Shown: one piece after another, positions 19,649-29,267 of the stretch | Position numbering within the stretch: the stretch's first letter is position 1 | Layout: every line of letters starts with the position of its first letter | From: an uncultured Dehalococcoidia bacterium | GTDB taxonomy: Bacteria > Chloroflexota > Dehalococcoidia > Lucifugimonadales > UBA826 | Assembly (NCBI GenBank): GCA_964343265.1 | Contig: CAYFIW010000002.1 | Coordinates: 823-64,822, forward strand | Reading direction: 5' to 3' | DNA length: 64,000 nt | The notes under the pieces: model-generated | What the model was told of the DNA's origin: nothing | Seen by the model: the letters and a program-made list of their open reading frames with translations, nothing else | The model's database searches: none | Made by a program: the position numbers and the translations under genes

Positions 19649-19689
19649 AAAAATGACCCACCATTTTTTTATAATGGTGGGTCATTTTT
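19649..19689. terminator. Bidirectional terminator between convergent sodN and a cupin gene
   Basis: ATGACCCACCAT (19653-19664) pairs perfectly with ATGGTGGGTCAT (19674-19685). An A run lies on the left and a T run on the right. Confidence 0.8.
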
Positions 19690-19693
19690 ATAG

Positions 19694-20032
19694 CTATGTT
19701 AATCCTTCTTTATAGTCTTCTCTTGGAGGGCTGAATATATCTAGAGCTTTAGAAGGTTGGTTCCCTGTTAATACTCTGTGTTTAATCCCTCCTGGTATTA
19801 AATAAAACTCACCCTTTTTAACGGTTTTCTTCTCTTCTCCGATGGTGAATTCGAATTCTCCTTCTAATACTATTCCTGCCTGTTCGTTAGGATGAGAATG
19901 AAGTGGTACCTCTGAGCCTGGCTCTAGTTCAACAACGTTCATCATTATGTTATCCCCCCACATAGGCTTTAGTACCACTCCCTCAGATAGGATTTTTGAT
20001 TTTAGATTATTTGGGTTGTAGAAATATTTCAT
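19694..20032 (-). CDS. Cupin-domain protein
   Basis: Cupin motifs PLHSHPNEQAGIVLEGEFEF and GGIKHRV. I prefer the ATG at 20032 (MKYFYNP, with AAGGA 7 nt upstream) over the track start at 20065, which overlaps panE by 14 nt. Confidence 0.7.
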   Translation of the reverse strand: MKYFYNPNNLKSKILSEGVVLKPMWGDNIMMNVVELEPGSEVPLHSHPNEQAGIVLEGEFEFTIGEEKKTVKKGEFYLIPGGIKHRVLTGNQPSKALDIFSPPREDYKEGLT

Positions 20033-20051
20033 TAATTTTCCTTTACATATA

Positions 20052-20963
20052 TTAATTTTGGGCATGTATATTTAAGGCCGCATATATAAGGTCATTGATG
20101 GGTGTAGGGATACCGTATTTTTTACCTAATTTACTTACTGCGCCGTTGATAACATCCACCTCCATTGGCTTACCATCAACCATATCTTTGTACATTGATG
20201 ATACGAGTTTAGATTTTTGATCTATAAAATGCGTCATTATCTCACTGACCACATGTTTAGATATATTTGCACCATCGGCTAATGCAACGGAATGTGTTTC
20301 CTCCAATAGTGATTCAGTTGCCTGTTTACCCAATTTGTTGTCTATAATCTCTTGGAAGGTACTCCTTGTTATGCAAGACATACCACTAAGGGCCGAAATA
20401 AAAATCAGTTTTTCCCACAAATCTGTTGAAATGTCCTTGGATAAAACATGGTTTATGGAGCACTCATTTAAAAGCCTAGAAATCCTTTGTTCTTTCTCAG
20501 AGATGATTCCTAGGGGTGAGCCGAATCTTATTTGGCAGAGCCCGCCACGCTCAATTATGACCCCGGGAGAATCTACGGAAGCCTCTATATATGCGCTTCC
20601 TAGCAGTGTTTTATCGACTCCAAAATTTTCTTCTAGCTGATGTCCAATTCCAATTCCATTTTGAAGGCTCAATATTGTTGTGTCTTTTCCGATAAATGGT
20701 CGGATCAAGTCTATGGCCTGTTCATTTTGATATGCCTTCACGCAATACAACACCAAATCAGGTTTATAGGTGTGTTCGGGATATGAAGTAGCTGGAGATT
20801 TTGAAATGTAATTTCCTGAGGTCTCACTTATAATTTTCAGACCTTTTGACTGTATATTCTCTAAATGTTGCCCTCTCGCTATAAATGTCACTTCATTTTT
20901 TTGAGACAAAACAGATCCAAAATATCCTCCTACTGCACCTGCGGCCATTATCATAATTTTCAT
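20052..20963 (-). CDS. panE: 2-dehydropantoate 2-reductase (ketopantoate reductase, ApbA/PanE family)
   Basis: 303 aa. N-terminal Rossmann motif MKIMIMAAGAVGGYFG and ApbA_C-like SMYKDMVDGKPMEVDVINGAV. Confidence 0.85.
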   Translation of the reverse strand: MKIMIMAAGAVGGYFGSVLSQKNEVTFIARGQHLENIQSKGLKIISETSGNYISKSPATSYPEHTYKPDLVLYCVKAYQNEQAIDLIRPFIGKDTTILSLQNGIGIGHQLEENFGVDKTLLGSAYIEASVDSPGVIIERGGLCQIRFGSPLGIISEKEQRISRLLNECSINHVLSKDISTDLWEKLIFISALSGMSCITRSTFQEIIDNKLGKQATESLLEETHSVALADGANISKHVVSEIMTHFIDQKSKLVSSMYKDMVDGKPMEVDVINGAVSKLGKKYGIPTPINDLIYAALNIHAQN

Positions 20964-20997
20964 AGTATGTTTCTCCCAGGTTTAGCAAGATAAAGAG

Positions 20998-21285
20998 TCA
21001 TTTGAGTTCAATAATAGCGTTGCTGTAAACTTCTTTTCCCACGTTGGTTACTCTGTGGATTGCTCCTTTCTGTCCGGTAACTACGTCTCCGAGTTCATAA
21101 AATGTTGTTGATTGTTGTCCATCTGAATATTCGGCCAATAGCGTGCCAGCTCGGGTTACGATAAATACGTAATTAGCATCATGTCTGTGCCAATCACTAT
21201 ATTCACCTGGTTTCAAGACTAGATCCCATACACGAACGTGTTCAGTTTCATACTTAAATTCTGTTCCTATATCCCCGAGTTCCAT
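20998..21285 (-). CDS. Small cupin-domain protein
   Basis: 95 aa. WHRHDANYVFIV...GAIHRVTNVG is a cupin-like His pattern. Confidence 0.65.
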   Translation of the reverse strand: MELGDIGTEFKYETEHVRVWDLVLKPGEYSDWHRHDANYVFIVTRAGTLLAEYSDGQQSTTFYELGDVVTGQKGAIHRVTNVGKEVYSNAIIELK

Positions 21286-21422
21286 GGAATTTCCCCTTTG
21301 CGAGATTGTTTTAAATCCTATTTATGTTTATTAGTTCAAAAATAAAGATTAGTAACGAACCTTATTGCTATACTTCTTTTTTAGTAACTAAGTTATACTT
21401 TTACTACATAATTGAATAATAA

Positions 21423-21697
21423 AGCTATGAGCAGGAATAGTAGCTTCTTTAGTTGGGTCAAAGCGAGCCGGGTATGGTGAAAGCCGGTGTCTCCACTAGA
21501 TGTGAATGGGACTGTGAGCTTCCATTGAAAGTACGTAAATATTAAATAAGTACTTTCTTAGAAATTGGACGGGATTGCTCCGTTATCATTGCAAGAAATA
21601 TATGTATATTTCAAAAGAGAGCCTCGTTCTCACATGTTACGAGGAATTAGGGTGGCACCGCGGCACATTCCGTCCCTTTATGGGGCGGTTTTTTTTT
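21423..21697 (+). promoter_or_regulatory. T-box leader (tRNA-Trp sensing) with terminator/antiterminator
   Basis: - Stem I elements: GA/K-turn TATGAG...TGAGC, an AGTA box, an AG bulge AGCGAG, and a distal loop CCGG-GTATGGTGAAAG-CCGG.
- Specifier loop GAA-TGG-G, with the TGG codon at 21507-21509.
- Stem III: CCTCGT...ACGAGG.
- T-box sequence AATTAGGGTGGCACCGCGG (21645-21663), with bulge UGGC.
- Terminator: CCGTCCC-TTTAT-GGGGCGG plus a 9-T run (21670-21697). It competes with the antiterminator for CCGTCCC. Confidence 0.9.
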
Positions 21698-21746
21698 GAC
21701 TGAATTATTTAGATGTCTTTGGTGTTCGTGGGAGAGAAAAGTTTAT

Positions 21747-22751
21747 ATGAACGAAAAAAATACGGTTTTCAGTGGAGTACAACCAAGTGGGGATCCTCAA
21801 CTAGGAAATTATTTGGGTGCGTTTAAAGGGTGGGTGGAAAGGCAGGAGGAAAAGGATAATTATTTCTGCGTAGTTGATTTACACGCCCTGACGGTGATTC
21901 CTGATCCCATTGAATTGAGAAAACAAACAAGGGAACTTGCCGCAATTTTATTTGCGTGTGGTATTGACCCGGATAAGAGCACTTTGTTTGTACAGAGTCA
22001 CGTTTCTTCGCATGCAGAATCATGCTGGCTTTTAAATTGTGTAACTCCTATCGGATGGTTAGAGAGAATGACTCAATTTAAAGACAAATCTAAGGGTCAA
22101 GAGAGGGTCTCCACAGGTTTACTTGATTATCCAGTTCTTATGGCGGGGGATATTCTTCTCTATGATGCTCAAGAGGTACCTGTAGGAGAAGACCAGAAAC
22201 AGCATGTGGAATTAGCACGAGATATAGCAGAAAGATTTAATAGGATCTATGGCGAGACGTTTGTAATTCCTGAACCTGTGATTCCAGAAATAGGTGGCCG
22301 TGTAATGGGCCTAAACGATCCGAATGTCAAAATGTCCAAGAGCTATTCTCACATTAGAGGACATGCTATACGAATGCTTGATGACCCCAAGGAAATTGAA
22401 AGATCGTTCATGAGGGCGGTCACAGACTCTAGTAACGAAATTCGATTTTCCGATGATCCGGATAGAGCGGGAGTTAACAATTTACTAGGTATATATAAGG
22501 TGATAACAGGGAAGCCTGAAGAATCTGTGGAAAGGGATTTTTATGATGCTCGAGGATATGGGGATTTGAAGAAGGCTGTCGCTGAAGTTGTGATAGAGGA
22601 ATTGTCTCCTATACGTGAGAAATATCATCAATTAATTAATGATGTGGAGGAATTAGATAGATTGCTCTCAATAGGTGCAGAGCAAGCACGAGCAATTTCT
22701 GGTCAAAAACTTCGCATTATGAAAGAGAAAATGGGTTTGATAGTGTCCTAA
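21747..22751 (+). CDS. trpS: Tryptophanyl-tRNA synthetase
   Basis: Start set at the ATG at 21747 (MNEKNTVFSGVQPSG, GGAGAG RBS upstream). The track start at 21696 lies inside the T-box terminator U-run. Class I motifs: a HIGH-like GDPQLGNYLGA and KMSKS. Confidence 0.95.
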   Translation: MNEKNTVFSGVQPSGDPQLGNYLGAFKGWVERQEEKDNYFCVVDLHALTVIPDPIELRKQTRELAAILFACGIDPDKSTLFVQSHVSSHAESCWLLNCVTPIGWLERMTQFKDKSKGQERVSTGLLDYPVLMAGDILLYDAQEVPVGEDQKQHVELARDIAERFNRIYGETFVIPEPVIPEIGGRVMGLNDPNVKMSKSYSHIRGHAIRMLDDPKEIERSFMRAVTDSSNEIRFSDDPDRAGVNNLLGIYKVITGKPEESVERDFYDARGYGDLKKAVAEVVIEELSPIREKYHQLINDVEELDRLLSIGAEQARAISGQKLRIMKEKMGLIVS

Positions 22752-22792
22752 TCCTGGTTTAATTTGAGGTTCATATTTAGGAGAACAGTAGA

Positions 22793-24235
22793 GTGTATTA
22801 CCCGTCATTAGAGGAATTAAAACATCTGGCTAGCAAAGGTAATCTTATACCTGTCTTCAAAGAAATTGACGCGGATTTGGAAACTCCAGTTTCTGCATAT
22901 CTTAAGGTAGCACAGCCACCTTATTCATTTTTACTTGAGAGTGTTGAAGGGGGAGAACATATAGCTAGATACAGTTTTATAGGTACTGAGCCAGATGATG
23001 TTGTAGTAACAGGTCCTGGACAGAAAGATGGTGCAGTTGATCCATTAACTCTCGTTGATAATATGCTCTCTGAGTATTCACTCGTTGATCCTGGCAAAAT
23101 TTCTAAATTTATCGGTGGTGCGGTCGGATACCTTTCCTATGAATCAGTACGATATTTCGAAGACTTACCTTCTCAAGATGAGGATCCTTTAAACTTGCCT
23201 GAATCTATATTTATGTTGACTAAAACTTTTTTAGTTTTCGACCATGTAAGACATAAAATCACAGTTATAAGCCATGCATATATTACCGACAATGTTGAGG
23301 AATCATACGATCTTGCCAAAGAACGTATTGATTCAATTGTGGATAGATTAAATCAACCACTGAATCCTGCCGATATACCTAGGTCTTCAGGGTATGCATC
23401 TTCGTCTATGGTATCTAATATGAACCCTGAGTATCACAAAGACATGGTCGAAAAATGTAAAAGATATGTAGTTGAAGGAGACGTTATACAGGTCGTGGTT
23501 TCACAGAGGTTTTCAAAGACTACCTCTGCTCATCCTTTTCACATTTATAGGTCTTTGAGGGCTATAAATCCTTCACCTTACATGTATTACATGGATCTTG
23601 ATGGGTTTCAAATAGTAGGAGCGTCTCCCGAGATGTTGGTTCAAGTACAGAATGGGGTGGTAGCAACTCATCCTATTGCTGGTACAAGACCTCGTTCAGA
23701 AGATGAAATAGAAGACACGAGACTGGAGAATGAATTGAGAAGCGACGAAAAAGAAAAAGCTGAGCATATCATGCTATTAGATTTAGGTAGAAATGATATT
23801 GGTAGAGTTAGTAAACCTGGCACTGTCGTCGCATCGGATATTATGGAAATTGAAAGATATTCTCATGTTATGCATTTAGTGTCACATGTAGAAGGTAAAT
23901 TAGAAGATGGCTATTCTAATTACGACGCCTTGAGAGCTTGTTTTCCTGCGGGCACAGTCTCCGGAGCCCCGAAAATACGAGCTATGGAAGTAATTACCGA
24001 ACTTGAGAAAGATGTACGTGGCCCATATGCAGGGGCAGTTGGATATTTTGACTTTGCAGGGAATATGGACACTTGTATTACTATTAGAACGATGATCATA
24101 AAGGATGGTGTGGCTCATGTTCAGGCAGGAGGAGGTATCGTTTATGACAGTGAACCTGGATTTGAATTTGATGAAACTGTGCATAAAGCCAGTGCTTTGA
24201 TGAGAGCAATAGATTCCGCTGAGGAAACTGTATAG
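22793..24235 (+). CDS. trpE: Anthranilate synthase component I
   Basis: GTG start with an AGGAGA RBS. LESVEGG, the chorismate-binding C-terminal domain [13 protein letters not shown]...[10 protein letters not shown], and IRT. Confidence 0.95.
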   Translation: MYYPSLEELKHLASKGNLIPVFKEIDADLETPVSAYLKVAQPPYSFLLESVEGGEHIARYSFIGTEPDDVVVTGPGQKDGAVDPLTLVDNMLSEYSLVDPGKISKFIGGAVGYLSYESVRYFEDLPSQDEDPLNLPESIFMLTKTFLVFDHVRHKITVISHAYITDNVEESYDLAKERIDSIVDRLNQPLNPADIPRSSGYASSSMVSNMNPEYHKDMVEKCKRYVVEGDVIQVVVSQRFSKTTSAHPFHIYRSLRAINPSPYMYYMDLDGFQIVGASPEMLVQVQNGVVATHPIAGTRPRSEDEIEDTRLENELRSDEKEKAEHIMLLDLGRNDIGRVSKPGTVVASDIMEIERYSHVMHLVSHVEGKLEDGYSNYDALRACFPAGTVSGAPKIRAMEVITELEKDVRGPYAGAVGYFDFAGNMDTCITIRTMIIKDGVAHVQAGGGIVYDSEPGFEFDETVHKASALMRAIDSAEETV

Positions 24236-24243
24236 GTGTCTAC

Positions 24244-24810
24244 ATGATTCTCCTTATTGATAATTACGATAGCTTTACATACAACTTATATCAGTATTTA
24301 TGTGAGCTAGGAGCCGAGGTTAGCGTGGTTAGGAATGACAAAATTACTTTGGGTCAGATACGAAACATGAACCCTGAGAAGATTGTTGTCTCACCTGGTC
24401 CTTGTACTCCTGATAAGGCCGGAATTTCAAATGAGGTTGTTAGAGAATTTGGGCCACTAATACCTGTCTTAGGTGTCTGTTTGGGTCATCAATGCGTTGG
24501 ACAAACATTTGGAGGCATTGTAGGAAAAGCTGGAGAAATCATGCATGGTAAAACTTCATTGATTCACCATGATGGCGAAGGTGTATTTTCTGGTATTCCT
24601 AGTCCGTTCGAGGCAATAAGATACCATTCTCTTGTGGTTTACAAAGAGGATTTACCTAACGAATTGGAAGTGACTGCATGGACGGAGAATGGGATTGTAA
24701 TGGGGATTCGACATAAGGAATATGATATTCAAGGCATTCAATTTCATCCGGAGTCAATAATGACGCAATACGGAAAAGAGATACTTGGGAATTTTCTGAT
24801 TGGAAAATAG
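24244..24810 (+). CDS. trpG: Anthranilate synthase component II (glutamine amidotransferase)
   Basis: [15 protein letters not shown], the catalytic Cys in GVCLGHQ, and FHPES. Confidence 0.93.
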   Translation: MILLIDNYDSFTYNLYQYLCELGAEVSVVRNDKITLGQIRNMNPEKIVVSPGPCTPDKAGISNEVVREFGPLIPVLGVCLGHQCVGQTFGGIVGKAGEIMHGKTSLIHHDGEGVFSGIPSPFEAIRYHSLVVYKEDLPNELEVTAWTENGIVMGIRHKEYDIQGIQFHPESIMTQYGKEILGNFLIGK

Positions 24811-24814
24811 TTCA

Positions 24815-25843
24815 ATGTTGGGTTTGAAGGCTATGCAAGATTTGATACAGAAATTAATTGACGGAAACAATCTTACTTTTGAAGAATCTAAGATTGCTAT
24901 GAACCACATCATGGAAGGTAGCTCTACCGATGCGCAATTTGGCGCATTTGTGACTTCATTACGTATTAAGGGTGAAACAGTAGACGAAGTTGCCGGGATG
25001 GCAAGCGTCATGAGAGATAAGTCGGTAAAAGTTAATGTTGATGGAATTCTTTTGGATACCTGTGGAACAGGAGGGGATGGAAAAAACACTTTCAACATAT
25101 CAACTTGTGCCGCTTTTGTGGTCGCAGGCTCAGGAGTTAAAGTTGCAAAACATGGAAATAGGGCCATGTCAGGAAGTAGTGGCAGTGCTGATGTATTGGA
25201 ACAGCTAGGTGCAAATATAAACCTTTCGCCTAAATCTGTGGAACGACTTATCAATGACTCTGGTTTTGGATTTATGTTCGCACAAGTATTTCATCCATCC
25301 ATGAAATTCGCGGCTGGGCCTAGAAGAGAGATAGGCATCAGAACTGTTTTTAATATTCTTGGCCCACTTACTAATCCTGCTGGAGCGACGAATCAACTAA
25401 TTGGAGTGTCAGATTCTACCGTAGGGGAGTTGATGGCTTCTGTTCTCGCGAAATTAGGAGTAGCTAGGGCATTGGTGGTACATGGTGATGATGGGCTTGA
25501 TGAAGTGACGACAGCTACCACTTCCACTGCATGGCTACTTGAGTCTGGAAAGGTGTCCGAATTTTCAATAAATCCAGAAGACCTTGGTTTTTCACTTGGC
25601 GATCTTGATTTAATAAAAGCGGACGACCCCATTCAAAGTACAAATATTTTAGAGAATGTTTTGAAAGGGGATAAAGGGCCAGCTAGAGACATAGTTTTAC
25701 TTAATGCTGCTGCCGCCTTATATGCTGCTGGGGTTGTGCCTGACATAGAACATGGAATTAGATCTGCAGAATTTTCAATTGATAGTGGCAAAGCAATCGG
25801 CAAACTCAAAGAATTTGTAGGATTGAGTCAGGAATTGAAATGA
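24815..25843 (+). CDS. trpD: Anthranilate phosphoribosyltransferase
   Basis: DTCGTGGDGKNTFNISTCAAFVVAGSGVKVAKHGNR and PLTNPAG. The ATG at 24815 lies just after the trpG stop, so I prefer it over the in-frame TTG at 24800. Confidence 0.93.
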   Translation: MLGLKAMQDLIQKLIDGNNLTFEESKIAMNHIMEGSSTDAQFGAFVTSLRIKGETVDEVAGMASVMRDKSVKVNVDGILLDTCGTGGDGKNTFNISTCAAFVVAGSGVKVAKHGNRAMSGSSGSADVLEQLGANINLSPKSVERLINDSGFGFMFAQVFHPSMKFAAGPRREIGIRTVFNILGPLTNPAGATNQLIGVSDSTVGELMASVLAKLGVARALVVHGDDGLDEVTTATTSTAWLLESGKVSEFSINPEDLGFSLGDLDLIKADDPIQSTNILENVLKGDKGPARDIVLLNAAAALYAAGVVPDIEHGIRSAEFSIDSGKAIGKLKEFVGLSQELK

Positions 25844-26637
25844 TAAATTCAGACGCGCCTGACATTTTAAAGGAAATAGTTAGGGCAAAAAAAATTAGAG
25901 TTGAAGCCCAAAAATCTGCTATATCTCTTCTAGAGCTTGAGAATTCTATAAGCACTTTGAGTACTCCATTGAATTTTGCTGGTAGATTAATGGGATTTGG
26001 GACTAGAGTAATTGCCGAGGTAAAGAAAGCTTCTCCATCCAAAGGTCTATTTAGAGATGAATTGGATGTAAGTAAACTCGCCAGAACATATGGTGAAAAT
26101 GGAGCTGCAGCTATTTCTGTCCTGACGAATGAGGACCATTTTAAAGGTAGTATTGACGACTTAGAGGCAGTTCAAAAAATAGTAAGACCTATGGGAATTC
26201 CTGTCTTACGAAAGGAATTTGTTTTCGATCCATATCAGATTTATGAAGCTCGTGCGAATGGGGCTGATGCTATTTTGCTGATAGTGTCTATGTTGAATGA
26301 AAAGACAATTTTGGACTTTATGTCTCTGGCGAAGTCTATGTGGTTACAATGCTTGGTAGAGGTTCATAATGAACAAGAATTAGAGACTGCCGTAAAGTGC
26401 AATGCTGAATTAATTGGGATAAATAATCGTGATCTAAGGACTTTTGAAACGACATTAGATGTCACACAGAGAATTGCGCCATTGGTGCCTGAAGGTGTGT
26501 TGACGGTTAGCGAAAGCGGGATATCAACTAAAGCTGATGTTGATCGTATTAAATCTTATGGTATCAACGCCATTTTGGTGGGAGAGTCTCTAGTGCGTTC
26601 GGATGATACAGTTGCTGCACTAAAGGAATTATTGTGA
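25840..26637 (+). CDS. trpC: Indole-3-glycerol phosphate synthase
   Basis: VIAEVKKASPSKG, LRKEF, IGINNRDL and SESGI. ATGA overlap with trpD. Confidence 0.93.
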   Translation: MINSDAPDILKEIVRAKKIRVEAQKSAISLLELENSISTLSTPLNFAGRLMGFGTRVIAEVKKASPSKGLFRDELDVSKLARTYGENGAAAISVLTNEDHFKGSIDDLEAVQKIVRPMGIPVLRKEFVFDPYQIYEARANGADAILLIVSMLNEKTILDFMSLAKSMWLQCLVEVHNEQELETAVKCNAELIGINNRDLRTFETTLDVTQRIAPLVPEGVLTVSESGISTKADVDRIKSYGINAILVGESLVRSDDTVAALKELL

Positions 26638-27287
26638 CTAAGTTCAAAATCTGCGGTCTCAGGGATTTTGATAGTGCTGTGCATTCTAGGAAGTGTGGGG
26701 CTTCCCTGTTGGGATTTGTGTTTGTTGACAATGTTAGAAGGCAAATATCCTTGGAATTAGCTGTGGAAATTATTACAAAATATCGTGAAATAACAGGAAA
26801 AGGTGGTCCTGGGCTAGTTGGATTGTTTGCAAATCAAACTACTGATTTGGTAAACCGAGTCGCAGAAGTTTGTGGCCTAGATATGGTCCAACTGTGTGGG
26901 AGTGAAAACTCTGACTACTGCAAAGATATTGAAATACCGATTGTAAGACAGGTAAAAATTTCAATAGAGCAGCCAAGAGATGTGATAATTGATCAACTCA
27001 AACGGGATGTAGAAGAAGTAACGAGATACGGGGCAATACCTTTGCTTGACCGTATGGTAGAGGGTAGTCTAGGGGGCACTGGAAAAACTTTTGATTGGTC
27101 TATAACATCTCATTTAGATGATGGTTGCAAATTTATACTCGCAGGGGGTCTTACTCCAACAAATGTTGAAGAAGCCATTAATATGTCTTCTCCTTGGCTT
27201 GTTGACGTTTCATCCGGTGTAGAGAGTTCCGGTATTAAAGACAAAGATAAAATAACGGCATTTGCCAAGTCAGTTAGAGGAAATTAA
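26634..27287 (+). CDS. trpF: Phosphoribosylanthranilate isomerase
   Basis: GTG start overlapping the trpC stop. KICGL..., GFVF, QLCG, LAGGLTPTNV and VDVSSGVE. Confidence 0.88.
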   Translation: MTKFKICGLRDFDSAVHSRKCGASLLGFVFVDNVRRQISLELAVEIITKYREITGKGGPGLVGLFANQTTDLVNRVAEVCGLDMVQLCGSENSDYCKDIEIPIVRQVKISIEQPRDVIIDQLKRDVEEVTRYGAIPLLDRMVEGSLGGTGKTFDWSITSHLDDGCKFILAGGLTPTNVEEAINMSSPWLVDVSSGVESSGIKDKDKITAFAKSVRGN

Positions 27288-27354
27288 TTCCTACTAAACA
27301 GTATTGGCACGTATGTAAGCTAAATTGCCCGAGGTTAGGGTATAGGAGAAATTT

Positions 27355-27747
27355 ATGTCATATTCTTTCAATCATGTCCATTTAAAGTCATCGGATCCGG
27401 GGAGTACAGCGCAGTGGTACGTTGAAGCATTCGGATTTGAGATATTGGATGACCAAAATCCTAGGCCACAGGGAGATAGATTTATTAGATGTAGGACAAA
27501 GGACGGAATTGCGATCAATATTTCAAGCGCTCGTACAAACGAAGATATGGGTGAAGGAGATTCAGATGCACATTGGGGATTGGAGCATTTTGGGATAGAA
27601 GTGGATGACATTGATTCTGAATTGTCCAGATTAGAAAACTTGGGAGCCAAGACTTTAGAAGGACCTATTCGTAGTGATAATGGTTTAGCGATAGCCTTTA
27701 TAGAAGCCCCTGATAATGTTCGTATAGAGGTTATGCAGCTTCCTTAA
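27355..27747 (+). CDS. Glyoxalase/bleomycin-resistance (VOC) family protein
   Basis: 130 aa. FNHVHLKSSD...LEHFGIEVDD...IEV is a paired beta-alpha-beta-beta-beta pattern. Confidence 0.75.
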   Translation: MSYSFNHVHLKSSDPGSTAQWYVEAFGFEILDDQNPRPQGDRFIRCRTKDGIAINISSARTNEDMGEGDSDAHWGLEHFGIEVDDIDSELSRLENLGAKTLEGPIRSDNGLAIAFIEAPDNVRIEVMQLP

Positions 27748-27784
27748 TTGTTTAGTTAATTCTCCAGATAAAAGAGAGTGATTG

Positions 27785-28132
27785 ATGAATCCGGAAGACT
27801 GTGTGTTTTGCAAGATATCGAAACGGGAGATACCTGGAGAGTTTCTGTACCGTGACGAGACATGTTTTGCTATAAGAGATATAAATCCAGTCTCTGAGAT
27901 TCATTTTTTATTGATTCCCGTCTCACATACCTTGTATTTATCTGACATACTTGAATCCGATTTTGACATTTTTTCTCACATGTATCTTGTGGCAAGAAAT
28001 CTTGCTACATCAGAAGGAATCTCTGATTCAGGTTATAGGATCGTATTAAATCAGAAAAATGATGCAGGTCAGGAAGTTCCGCACTTGCATTTGCATGTTC
28101 TTGGAGGTAATAAATTAGGATCAATGGTTTAA
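27785..28132 (+). CDS. HIT-family nucleotide hydrolase/transferase (HinT-like)
   Basis: CVFCKI and the histidine triad HLHLHVLGG. ATG at 27785; the track begins one codon earlier at a TTG. Confidence 0.88.
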   Translation: MNPEDCVFCKISKREIPGEFLYRDETCFAIRDINPVSEIHFLLIPVSHTLYLSDILESDFDIFSHMYLVARNLATSEGISDSGYRIVLNQKNDAGQEVPHLHLHVLGGNKLGSMV

Positions 28133-28135
28133 GGA

Positions 28136-28708
28136 ATGGCTAATTTGCTTGATCGGATAGAAGACAAGGTAAGTTTATTACCTGAAGGTTTGCGAAATCA
28201 TATTCAAAGGACTCGAATTAAAGTCAAAGAGTTATCCAATATTCATGGGATTGATGAAATAAAATGTGAACTTGGGGTACTTTCTCATGATCTAGCTAGG
28301 CATTTTAATAAAGAACAGCTTGAAGATGAGTCAAAGAGACTACAAATCGAAACCAGTGAAATAGAGAAAAAGGAGCCTCTTCTCTTACATGGTCCTATAG
28401 CAGCAGCGTGGCTCAAAGATTACTATGGTTGTACAGACGAAGATGTTATAGCGGCCGTTCATCACCATACTACGGGTCGCCCTTATATGTCGGATATTGA
28501 AAAAGTGGTGTTCATTTCTGACAAGATTGAACCTGGAAAAGTGTCGAAGAATCCAAAATTAAAACCTGTTGCTGATACAGCGTTATTAAATTTAGATGAA
28601 GCAATTTCACAATATCTGTCTTTGAGGATAATAAATATTTTAGAAAGTGGTGGATTGGTACATCCAACGGCTCTTGATACATGGAACTGGATAAATCTGA
28701 GCAGATAA
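28136..28708 (+). CDS. HD-domain phosphohydrolase, YqeK-like
   Basis: 190 aa. LSHDLARH (HD) and HHHTTG motifs as in YqeK-type HD hydrolases. The start lies 3 nt after the HIT gene stop. Confidence 0.75.
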   Translation: MANLLDRIEDKVSLLPEGLRNHIQRTRIKVKELSNIHGIDEIKCELGVLSHDLARHFNKEQLEDESKRLQIETSEIEKKEPLLLHGPIAAAWLKDYYGCTDEDVIAAVHHHTTGRPYMSDIEKVVFISDKIEPGKVSKNPKLKPVADTALLNLDEAISQYLSLRIINILESGGLVHPTALDTWNWINLSR

Positions 28709-28717
28709 ATCTCAAAT

Positions 28718-29224
28718 TTATGGAGTGTTTTTCTTGATTGTAATTATTCGTGAGTCTACCTCTCCGTCTCTTACTGTCAATTCAGCTATAGTGCAGTCCA
28801 CCATAAATGAACTGTAGCCTTGACCAGGATTCACGAAAAGAACTTTTCCAATGTGCTTATTCATAGGCACATGTGTATGTCCAAATAGAATTACGTCGGG
28901 GACTTCATCAAAATCTTTGAAAAGTTCTTCCGGAGGAAACTCTGGGCCACCCCATGCTGGGTGTATAGCACCTATTTTGACCCCTTCAACTTCAAATACT
29001 TTTATGTAAGGTAGTGTCGCTCTTAATTCGGTAGGGTCCGAATTTCCATGGACGATATAGCCTTTTTGTGCTTCTTTCAAAAAACCGTCTACGACTGGTT
29101 GCCTGACTATATCACCGCAATGAACAGCAATGTCAGCCTCGGACACTTTTTTTCTAATGTCTTCGCTCACTTCATCCCATGAATGACAATGAGTATCGGA
29201 AATTACAATTATGGTAGTGGTCAT
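28718..29224 (-). CDS. Metallophosphoesterase (YfcE/MJ0936 family)
   Basis: ISDTHCH, HCGDI, HGNSD and GHTHVP motifs. Confidence 0.85.
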   Translation of the reverse strand: MTTTIIVISDTHCHSWDEVSEDIRKKVSEADIAVHCGDIVRQPVVDGFLKEAQKGYIVHGNSDPTELRATLPYIKVFEVEGVKIGAIHPAWGGPEFPPEELFKDFDEVPDVILFGHTHVPMNKHIGKVLFVNPGQGYSSFMVDCTIAELTVRDGEVDSRIITIKKNTP

Positions 29225-29267
29225 ATTGATTTTCGGCTTGTATTTCTGAGGTTACCTAAATCGATTT

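Noticed and set aside
21696-21746. N-terminal extensions in the ORF track. Cases: trpS from 21696, rpmH from 50478, the J-protein to 34617, AI-2E from 55073, the second crotonase from 56952, the PQQ protein from 51407, and the cupin to 20065.
   Set aside because: The extensions run through a T-box terminator U-run, a -35 hexamer (TTGACA), or the preceding gene. Conserved N-termini and RBS-like sequences support the downstream ATGs used in the feature table.
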